Shown: positions 19,612 through 27,131 of the stretch, piece by piece | Position numbering within the stretch: the stretch's first letter is position 1 | Layout: each line of letters starts with the position of its first letter | Assembly (NCBI RefSeq): GCF_038871235.1 | Contig: NZ_JAVZIN010000005.1 | Location: forward strand, 1-64,000 | Length of the DNA: 64,000 nt | Source: Candidatus Hadarchaeum sp. | GTDB taxonomy: Archaea > Hadarchaeota > Hadarchaeia > Hadarchaeales > Hadarchaeaceae | Direction: 5' to 3' | Program-made: the position numbers and the translations under genes | The notes under the pieces: model-generated | Database searches by the model: none | What the model saw: the letters and a program-made list of their open reading frames with translations, nothing else | What the model was told of the DNA's origin: nothing

Positions 19612-20862
19612 ATGCCCTCAAATTCAAACCCCTTCAGGGCTGCCATAGACCAACTCGAAAGAGTTGGAAAATTACTAAATATAGACCCTTCCACTATAGA
19701 AAGGTTGAAGCATCCACGCCGAGAAATTATCGTATCCGTTCCAATCCGCATGGATAACGGGGAAATAAAAGTCTTTACCGGCTATAGGATCCAGCATTGC
19801 CATGCCCGAGGACCATTCAAGGGAGGGATAAGATACCACCCTAAGGTCGACCAAGAGGAAGTTAAAGCTCTGGCCATGTGGATGACTTGGAAATGCGCGG
19901 TTGTGGACTTACCCTACGGTGGCGCAAAGGGCGGCGTCGCGGTGGACGCGAAAAAACTATCAAAAGGAGAACTGGAGCGATTAACCCGACGTTATACTGC
20001 AATGCTTCTGGACGATATCGGTCCCTATAAAGACGTCCCGGCACCTGATATGTATACAGATGCTCAAACGATGGCCTGGATAATGGACACTTACAGCCAG
20101 TTTAAGGGACATTTAGTTCCAGAAGTTGTTACTGGGAAACCGATAGAGCTTGGAGGTTCTGAAGGGAGAAGAGAAGCCACTGGGCGGGGTGCGGCAATCT
20201 GTGCCAGAGAAGCCGCCAAACAGCTCGGAATGAATATGAAAGGTCTGACAGTCGCAGTTCAGGGTTTCGGAAATGTAGGCCAGTGGGCAGCAAAAATCCT
20301 CGAGGAAATGGGTTGCAAAATAATAGCTCTGAGCGACTCTACCTGTGGAATCTATGATCCAAAGGGATTCGACGTGCGCGCTGTAATGGAGCATAAGGAG
20401 AAAACCGGCAAACTTCGTGGTTTCGCTCATGGAGAAGAGATCACTAATGAAGAGCTTCTGCAACTTGATTGCGATATTCTAGTTCCCGCGGCGATGGAAA
20501 ACGCGATAACTGAATCAAACGCACACAATATAAAGGCAAAAATTATCTGCGAGGGGGCAAACGGTCCGAGCACGCCCAAGGCAAGAGAAATATTGTACAA
20601 TGAAGGAGTGCACGTTATTCCAGATATCCTCGCCAATGCTGGTGGTGTTACCGTCAGCTACTTTGAATGGTTACAAAACCTTCACCGTGAACACTGGAGT
20701 GAGAGTGTCGTCAACCAGAAGCTAGAAAATTATCTAGTGAAAGCCTACCATGATGTCGTCAAGACAGCAGAAGAATACAGGGTCGACTTAGCAACCGGGG
20801 CCTATGTGCTTGGGATCAAAAGAGTTGTAGATGCCCAAGAAAGTCTCGGCTTATTCCCGTAA
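19612..20862 (+). CDS. gdhA: Glutamate dehydrogenase
   Basis: GPFKGGIRYH, MTWKCA, GGAKGG, DVPAPD, VTGKP, VQGFGNVG, EGANGP. Confidence 0.97.
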   Translation: MPSNSNPFRAAIDQLERVGKLLNIDPSTIERLKHPRREIIVSVPIRMDNGEIKVFTGYRIQHCHARGPFKGGIRYHPKVDQEEVKALAMWMTWKCAVVDLPYGGAKGGVAVDAKKLSKGELERLTRRYTAMLLDDIGPYKDVPAPDMYTDAQTMAWIMDTYSQFKGHLVPEVVTGKPIELGGSEGRREATGRGAAICAREAAKQLGMNMKGLTVAVQGFGNVGQWAAKILEEMGCKIIALSDSTCGIYDPKGFDVRAVMEHKEKTGKLRGFAHGEEITNEELLQLDCDILVPAAMENAITESNAHNIKAKIICEGANGPSTPKAREILYNEGVHVIPDILANAGGVTVSYFEWLQNLHREHWSESVVNQKLENYLVKAYHDVVKTAEEYRVDLATGAYVLGIKRVVDAQESLGLFP

Positions 20863-20971
20863 GACCCAAATCCAGAAAAACATTTAATTGTTGAGCCGAA
20901 CCAAATGTGATCGTCTAGATTTTACCTTGATTATAGATGAAAGATCACCGTTAAAAGCGCATTTTAATTTT

Positions 20972-20986
20972 CGAAAAATTTATTAC
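20972..20986 (+). promoter_or_regulatory. BRE/TATA-like promoter for ncRNA copy 2
   Basis: CGAAAAA-TTTATTAC, with the TATA-like element about 24-31 nt upstream of the RNA 5' stem at 21010. Confidence 0.6.
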
Positions 20987-21009
20987 CAAAAAATTTGTTA
21001 ACTGCAATC

Positions 21010-21209
21010 GCGGGGATAAGCCGACAGAACAGGCTGAACTCCACCTACGGGTGCGGGGGATCCACGGAAAAACTCAGCGCAGCTGGGGGAGGCCGTGGAT
21101 AAGGTGCACAGCGGTGTGCACCGAAGCATGGATGTCGGATAAAGATCACGAAACGAAAGCGCGGCAGGGTAACCGGGCCGCCGCGGAGTAGTTTCGTGAT
21201 CGTCCCCGC
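21010..21209 (+). ncRNA. Large structured ncRNA of unrecognised family, copy 2 (200 nt)
   Basis: Terminal stem GCGGGGAU/GUCCCCGC, 11-bp GAUCACGAAAC/GUUUCGUGAUC, and the same helix order and junction nucleotides as 3906-4139. Confidence 0.85.
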
Positions 21210-21329
21210 ACAAAAATTATTCCAAATTATCACACGAAGGCCTATTGTAACCTCATCAAATTTCTCTGGCTCATTATGCACGATCGCGAATTGAAATTAT
21301 TTAAATGAGTATGGTGGAACTATCCCTAG

Positions 21330-22670
21330 CTACAGCGCCGGCAACAAAAACTTGTGCTCCCAGTCGCTTACGTGTGCCCGGTAACTCTCCCACTCCTTTT
21401 CCTTGACATAGATAAAGTGCTTGAAAAGGTGTTCACCCAGCGCCTCCCTTATCAACTCACTCCGACGCATGTAATCCAGAGCCTGACCCAAGTTCTCTGG
21501 CAACGATTCTATACCCAAGGCCTCGCGATCCTCGGAGCTCATGTGGTAGATATCCTTCTCCACCGGCTCAGGCGGCTCTATCTTATCCTCAATTCCCTTC
21601 AACCCTGCTGCCAACATCACCGTGAACTGAAGATAAGGGTTGCCCGCCGGATCTGGGTTGCGAAGCTCGATACGTGTATGGGATCCTCTCCCCGCCGGAA
21701 CGCGGATATAAGCGCTCCTGTTTCTGTTCGCCCAAGAGATGTAAACCGGGGCCTCGTAACCTGGCACCAGCCTCTTGTAGGAGTTTACTGTTGAAGCCAA
21801 GATGGCGCAAGTCTCCTTGGCATACTTCAGGAGCCCACCGATGAAGTAAAGTGCATACTTGCTCAGTTTGTAGGATCCCTTTGGGTCGTAAAATACATTT
21901 TTTCCCTCAGGGGTCATAAGCGACTGGTGGACGTGCATCCCTGAGCCATTGACGCCGTAGATGGGCTTGGGCATGAAGGTGGCGTAAAGGCCGTGGCGAT
22001 AGGCGATGTTCTTGGTGACGTACTTCATCATGGCCACTCGGTCGGCTGAAGTCATGGCATCAGCGTACATGAGATCTATCTCGTGCTGCCCGGGAGCAAC
22101 TTCATGGTGCGAGGCCTCCACATCAAAACCCATCAGATTAAGATAGTTAACTATCTCCTTCCTGATGAGATCACCCCTATCTCTCATCAGGTCAAAGTAT
22201 CCTCCTGAGTCCGAAGGTCTAGTCGTTGGCAAACCCTGCTCATCTAACATCAAGAAGAAGAACTCATACTCCGGAGCCGTGTTGAAGGTCCAGCCTTTTT
22301 TCTTGGCCTTCTCTAGCTGTCTTTTTAATGCCGCCCGCGGATCCCCCTCAAAGGGATTGCCCTCATGATCATAAACATCGCAAACCATCCGCGCCGTCTT
22401 AAGAGTGTCCTGCAACCAAGGAATAATCACAAAAGTTTCCGTATCTGGCATCAGGCGCATGTCAGATTCCTCGATGGTGGCATAGCCTAAAACCGACGAT
22501 CCATCGAAGAAGACCCCTTCATCCAGAGCCTTTTCAATCTTGGTGGCGGGAATGGTGACGTTTTTAACCGTGCCAAGAATATCGGTGAACTGCATCTGGA
22601 TGAACTTTATGCCCTCCCTCTTCACTGTTTGAATTATCTCGGCCTTGGACATCCTCTCAACCCCACTCAT
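21330..22670 (-). CDS. glnA: Glutamine synthetase type I
   Basis: FTDI.G..K, FDGSS, HHEVAPGQHEI, TFMPKP, NGSGMHVH, NSYKRLVPGYEAP, RIELR.PD. Confidence 0.97.
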   Translation of the reverse strand: MSGVERMSKAEIIQTVKREGIKFIQMQFTDILGTVKNVTIPATKIEKALDEGVFFDGSSVLGYATIEESDMRLMPDTETFVIIPWLQDTLKTARMVCDVYDHEGNPFEGDPRAALKRQLEKAKKKGWTFNTAPEYEFFFLMLDEQGLPTTRPSDSGGYFDLMRDRGDLIRKEIVNYLNLMGFDVEASHHEVAPGQHEIDLMYADAMTSADRVAMMKYVTKNIAYRHGLYATFMPKPIYGVNGSGMHVHQSLMTPEGKNVFYDPKGSYKLSKYALYFIGGLLKYAKETCAILASTVNSYKRLVPGYEAPVYISWANRNRSAYIRVPAGRGSHTRIELRNPDPAGNPYLQFTVMLAAGLKGIEDKIEPPEPVEKDIYHMSSEDREALGIESLPENLGQALDYMRRSELIREALGEHLFKHFIYVKEKEWESYRAHVSDWEHKFLLPAL

Positions 22671-22725
22671 CTCCTTGTCCTCGGTATTTATAACTGGTGA
22701 TTCTGTATAATGGAAAATACACTTC

Positions 22726-23403
22726 TCAACCCTCATTTTCCGGAGTAATCGCCCGGCCGCCGTATAACTCTGTAATGGTCAGCTTCAGGGCACTATTCTC
22801 TCGGTAAATGCGGAAGGAAAACATCTCCGCAGAATAATTTTCATTGAGCTCCTTCTCCAATGCCGCGATGTCGGCTGCCCGCTGGGCCCAGCTGTAGGCT
22901 AGGTTGGCCAGATAGAGCATCCTCCCGTAGCGCGGAACTACGCCGGCATCCAGCTTGACTCCGTAGGCCTTGGCTCCCGAAACGTGGTTGAAGCTCGCCT
23001 CTAGGTAACCATAGGCGCGGAGTCCACCATCGGGAAGCCACTCAATCTGCAGCGAGTTTTCATCGCTTAGCGGCACGTAGATGTTTTCGAAATTGGAGTA
23101 CGACCAGCCCGCGGCAATGCGCTGGTTAAAGTAGCTGCGCAACCGGGATTCCACCTCTGCCTTAGATCCGGCAAACTTACCCACCTCAAACATGGCCGCT
23201 GCAATCGCTGATCTGAGCGAATCGTTCAACTCCGCCTCAATGACCAGAGCCACGGCCCTGGTGGTATCAACGGCCATTCTTTCCTGTAAAACCTCTATCT
23301 GACGTGTATAGCTGGATTCGAATGTGTTCAAGGCAGCTATCCCAGCAAGGATCACAAACACAGTGAATATCGCCAGCAGCTCAGCCGATCCCAGTTCGTC
23401 CAT
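22726..23403 (-). CDS. Putative pilin / class III signal peptide protein
   Basis: MDELG|SAELLAIF hydrophobic N-terminus; last gene of pilus operon. Confidence 0.6.
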   Translation of the reverse strand: MDELGSAELLAIFTVFVILAGIAALNTFESSYTRQIEVLQERMAVDTTRAVALVIEAELNDSLRSAIAAAMFEVGKFAGSKAEVESRLRSYFNQRIAAGWSYSNFENIYVPLSDENSLQIEWLPDGGLRAYGYLEASFNHVSGAKAYGVKLDAGVVPRYGRMLYLANLAYSWAQRAADIAALEKELNENYSAEMFSFRIYRENSALKLTITELYGGRAITPENEG

Positions 23404-23410
23404 CAGCCAC

Positions 23411-23932
23411 TCACCCCAGTTTAAAGAGCGTTACACGGGCATCTGCCTGTGCCACCCTGTTCTCGCCCGCTCCGGCAATCACGATAGTATATTTTCCCGA
23501 GAAGGTGTATCTCTCAACATTCGGTCCAGGTGGGCCAATATTTCCGGGACTGATCTGTACCCAAGTCGAGTTCTCATAGGTGAGTTCAAAAATGACGCCA
23601 TAGCCCGGCGGGCGCAAATACGAGAAAAGTACATCCAGCCGCGATTTCAGGTAATCCGCCGGAACTATTTGAGGCGACACGCCAATAGCATTCTCGGCTA
23701 CTGCGCCAAGATAACTCAGAGAATAGTTCTCCACCTGAGAGAGTTCGAGGGTTCTATAAAGATACTCAGCCTTCAGCTGCATCTGCCTGCTAACCGCCGA
23801 ATTTATGGCCCCAAACCTGTAACTATGCAAAAGCACCCCGGCAAATACCACGATCAAAAACATGAAAGCTATCGATAAAATATCGCTTACTCCTCTATTC
23901 TCCGGGACTAGTTTCCCTTTCAGGCTCGCCAC
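23411..23932 (-). CDS. Putative pilin / class III signal peptide protein
   Basis: ENRG|VSDILSIAFMFL class III cleavage pattern. Confidence 0.7.
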   Translation of the reverse strand: MASLKGKLVPENRGVSDILSIAFMFLIVVFAGVLLHSYRFGAINSAVSRQMQLKAEYLYRTLELSQVENYSLSYLGAVAENAIGVSPQIVPADYLKSRLDVLFSYLRPPGYGVIFELTYENSTWVQISPGNIGPPGPNVERYTFSGKYTIVIAGAGENRVAQADARVTLFKLG

Positions 23933-24321
23933 ACTTTAACCTCCATTTTAGCGTAAAGCAAACGTCCATCCTGATAAAGGGTGACTGGCACCGTTATCGC
24001 ACTGATCGGCTTACCATCTGGCGGTGACGGGCCAAAGGGACCCAAAATGGTCTCAGCATCAGGATTGTAGCAAATTTTTATCTGGTAGGAGAAATTTTCC
24101 CCCCCGACTTCCTGCCTAAAATCAAGGGAGGAGATCCTCTCAACGTCAACGATATATTCGCGTGGTCTAATGCCCTCCACGTGGGCCAAGCTGTTAAGGA
24201 CCAAGTTATTCGTGATCGATGTGGCCGTGTCAATCAATCCAGCTGTGGAGAGCATGCTCTGGTGCTGGCTGTAAGCTGAAACCAGCAGAGTAAGAAAAAC
24301 TATGGCTAGGAGAACTGCCAA
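23920..24321 (-). CDS. Putative minor pilin-like protein (start uncertain)
   Basis: N-terminal hydrophobic helix; operon context. Confidence 0.55.
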   Translation of the reverse strand: MAVLLAIVFLTLLVSAYSQHQSMLSTAGLIDTATSITNNLVLNSLAHVEGIRPREYIVDVERISSLDFRQEVGGENFSYQIKICYNPDAETILGPFGPSPPDGKPISAITVPVTLYQDGRLLYAKMEVKVWRA

Positions 24322-24341
24322 GACCGACTTGAAAATTCTTA

Positions 24342-24704
24342 TCAGATCCGTCTTACCACCAGCCTGCCATCTCGGATGGAAATTGAGAGATCGTGGCTTC
24401 CGGGACCCAGTTCAGGTGAGTCTTCAGAAAATGTCATCACGAAACCATCCGCCGGAACACCGTAGCCGTCGATAAAAATTCGATTTTCTATAAATCGCAT
24501 GTGATAGTTGCCTGGGATGTTTATTCTTACGTTCTGCGTGCCGCCAGTGGATATCACCGTCCCGCACGCCTCGGCCACCCTAAGCGCCGCTTCTTTAGCT
24601 ACCCCCTCTTCGACCAACCCCCGAACTAAAAGGAATCCAAAAATGCCGACTGCTATCGCAAAGGCACTCAGGATGACCAAACCTAAGGTGCGCAGGGCCG
24701 GCAT
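24342..24704 (-). CDS. Putative minor pilin-like protein
   Basis: N-terminal TM helix plus small beta-rich domain; operon context. Confidence 0.55.
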   Translation of the reverse strand: MPALRTLGLVILSAFAIAVGIFGFLLVRGLVEEGVAKEAALRVAEACGTVISTGGTQNVRINIPGNYHMRFIENRIFIDGYGVPADGFVMTFSEDSPELGPGSHDLSISIRDGRLVVRRI

Positions 24705-24710
24705 GGAGAC

Positions 24711-25148
24711 CTACTCCACCGTGAGATCAAATGTTGCCGTCTGCTGAACCCCATCAGTTCCCGTTGCCTTAACCGTGATCGTGGTGGTACCTGGCTGTGC
24801 CGAGCTTCCGACAACGATCGTCATCGTGGACCCAAAGGCCGGCACACCAGTGGAGGGTGAAAAACCTACCGTAACATTTGCCGGAACTCCTGAGGCTGAA
24901 AGAGATACATCTTTATCATAGGGACCGATGCGCTGCACCGATACATTAACTGTTATTGTGTTTCCTGGTCTAACCGTGGCGCTTGTCGGTGAGAGACTAA
25001 CCGTGAAGGAAAGCATCCCGGTTGCTCCTCTCCCTGCCCAAGTATACACCGCGTAGCCTATCCCTAAACCAATAACCAAGAGCACGATGCCGGCAAAAAG
25101 TTTCATCGCAAGCGGCTCGACGCCACACTGATCAAGTCCCTTTGCCAC
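24711..25148 (-). CDS. Pilin-like protein with Ser/Thr-rich Ig-like domain
   Basis: DQCG|VEPLAMKLFAGIVLL; C-terminal beta-sandwich-like sequence. Confidence 0.65.
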   Translation of the reverse strand: MAKGLDQCGVEPLAMKLFAGIVLLVIGLGIGYAVYTWAGRGATGMLSFTVSLSPTSATVRPGNTITVNVSVQRIGPYDKDVSLSASGVPANVTVGFSPSTGVPAFGSTMTIVVGSSAQPGTTTITVKATGTDGVQQTATFDLTVE

Positions 25149-27131
25149 TCAACCACCTCCTACCGTTATTAACGTTAGCAAGAAGCTTGTGAGGGTAAAT
25201 ATAGTTGCCGACACTATGACTGACTTTGCCACTGAGGACCATAGCTCCACCCTGTCGCCGGCGGCTCTGATGTTAGCTATATATCTGGCAATTATAAAGC
25301 TCAGAGCCACCGCGGTGATTCCCATGACCAACCTGAGAAGGGCAATCTCCATTATCCCCATCGCTCCAAGAAGAAAGGGAATGCCGGTAACACCCGCGGT
25401 TGCCGCCTGTGCCGCCATCGAAAACTTCATGCCGGACATGAAGTCCATCACCCAAACTGACATCGAACACACCACCGGTATGAGAAGGGAAGCCACCAGC
25501 CACAGGTTTCCCATGGCCTCGTCAATCTTTTCCCGGAAACGTCGTTCAACGCGATGAAGAGTCCGCAGGAACTCTGCAGCCATCATGCAGGCCCTGCCGG
25601 CCGCTGCCTCGCTGTCGCGCCTGATTCGGGAAATCATCTCCAGAAAGCTCCTTATTATGGGATTGTAACGGCCACCATAGCCTCTCTCAAACAATGCCTC
25701 ATGGAGATTCAACCCGTATCTCTCCATTTTCGCACTCACCTCTTTGAGTTCATAAGCTAGGGGGGAGCCGGCCATCAAGTTGGCCGCTTCAGCCATCGCC
25801 TGCGGCATCGGCTTGCCATCCAGCATTCTTGATCCAATGGTATTCAACGCGTTACCCCAGTCGGTCAGCTTTCGTCTTTCCTCGTCGCGGATCCTAGCCC
25901 TTTTCGAAACGTAAAGATACGCATAAACGCCTATGGCTCCGGCTGCGGCCCAAACGAACCAAAATGTCGAGAAGCTGAAAACTATGTAACCCAGCGGTCC
26001 CCCGGTTTCTCCAAATAAATACAATACCCCGGGCCAAGCAATCGCCACAAAAACTATGAAGGGAACAATAAGTGAGGGAACTTTTTTTCCAAATACCATC
26101 AATCTGCCAGGTGGCGGCAGGCGAGGATCGTCCTCAGGAAGGGTAGAAATTTGTATAGTAGCTGGACGATGTCCCATCATGAACTGAGTAAAAGCCAAGA
26201 AGGCGATTACCAACCCCAAGGCTACAGCAGTGAAAAATTTCAAATCCACGAAATTAAACCCGATGACTCCAAAAATAGGTGATAGCCCCACGACGCTGAT
26301 TATGGCCAGTGAGCTAAAGGTAAGAAAGGCGAGCGTGGGCATAACGAGGCTATTCAAACGTTTGGTCAGTTGCTCCTCGGCACCTTCTAAAACCCGTTCT
26401 GGAGCCTTAGCAACGTCGGCCAGTCTCGCTGATTCATCTTTGGCTCCAGTAGATCTTAGAATATCAAAGATAGCCTGACGAACGCTGTCGTCTATTTCAC
26501 CCCATTCATTGGCTACCACCGTCAGGAGATGACGCACCGTTTCATACCTGCGGCGTTCATCGAGTTCGAGCAGGCCCCTTTGAAGGTCTTCAGCCAGTTT
26601 ACCCTCACTCATGTCAGCCGCCTGCACGGTGGCTCCTCGGATATCAGGACGATGGTAGAGGGAGAAACTGAGCAACATCACCGTCCTTATGGCCTTTCCC
26701 TGAGCATCGGCGCGGCGCTGAGCCGCCACCGAAGCAGGATAATTCTGAAAAGCCATCATAAAAATTCCGCCAATTAAAAATCCAGCCATCGGCAAGTAAA
26801 GAGAGCCAATAATGTCACCGCCAGTAAAGATAATCAACAACCAAATCAGGAGAGAGGATATTATGGGAATGACCATGGATAGAACCAAGCCCGCGGCCCA
26901 ATCTTTAGGCTCAACTTTTATACCTGCCTCTTTCAACTCGCGCAGGGTTTTTTGACTCAACCTCGAATTTTTCGTGAAAAAGCCGAAGATGCCACCGGCG
27001 ACACAACAAAACTTCTCATAAAATCCTCTCTTTCGTGGGCCTAGGACCCTCTGAAGGGCTTCGCGAACATCGCTCGGTATAGGAAATCTTTCAAGAGGAG
27101 AGATCAGGTCTTTTTCAGCCAAGATCGCCAA
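25149..27131 (-). CDS. TadC/T2SS-F-like pilus membrane platform protein
   Basis: Two T2SSF-like halves with multiple TM helices, directly downstream of a secretion ATPase. Confidence 0.75.
   Translation of the reverse strand: MAILAEKDLISPLERFPIPSDVREALQRVLGPRKRGFYEKFCCVAGGIFGFFTKNSRLSQKTLRELKEAGIKVEPKDWAAGLVLSMVIPIISSLLIWLLIIFTGGDIIGSLYLPMAGFLIGGIFMMAFQNYPASVAAQRRADAQGKAIRTVMLLSFSLYHRPDIRGATVQAADMSEGKLAEDLQRGLLELDERRRYETVRHLLTVVANEWGEIDDSVRQAIFDILRSTGAKDESARLADVAKAPERVLEGAEEQLTKRLNSLVMPTLAFLTFSSLAIISVVGLSPIFGVIGFNFVDLKFFTAVALGLVIAFLAFTQFMMGHRPATIQISTLPEDDPRLPPPGRLMVFGKKVPSLIVPFIVFVAIAWPGVLYLFGETGGPLGYIVFSFSTFWFVWAAAGAIGVYAYLYVSKRARIRDEERRKLTDWGNALNTIGSRMLDGKPMPQAMAEAANLMAGSPLAYELKEVSAKMERYGLNLHEALFERGYGGRYNPIIRSFLEMISRIRRDSEAAAGRACMMAAEFLRTLHRVERRFREKIDEAMGNLWLVASLLIPVVCSMSVWVMDFMSGMKFSMAAQAATAGVTGIPFLLGAMGIMEIALLRLVMGITAVALSFIIARYIANIRAAGDRVELWSSVAKSVIVSATIFTLTSFLLTLITVGGG

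Noticed and set aside
21032-21064. Resemblance to the 5' part of the c-di-AMP (ydaO) riboswitch (GCUGAAC...GCGGGGGAUCCA)
   Set aside because: The 3' core (GGUGAAU...CCGUCAGCUAACC.CG) is missing, copy 1 does not keep the words, and neither copy lies in a 5' UTR.
21010-21209. RNase P or SRP RNA identity for the structured RNAs
   Set aside because: Neither strand has the RNase P CR-I GAGGAAAGUCC plus CR-V ACAGAA..GGCUUA pair (only a partial CGGCUUAU on the minus strand). The SRP helix-8 motif is absent, and both RNAs are normally single copy.
22712-22726. Possible NrpR operator (GGAA-N6-TTCC) upstream of glnA
   Set aside because: Two mismatches, and it lies upstream of the TATA box rather than at the start site.
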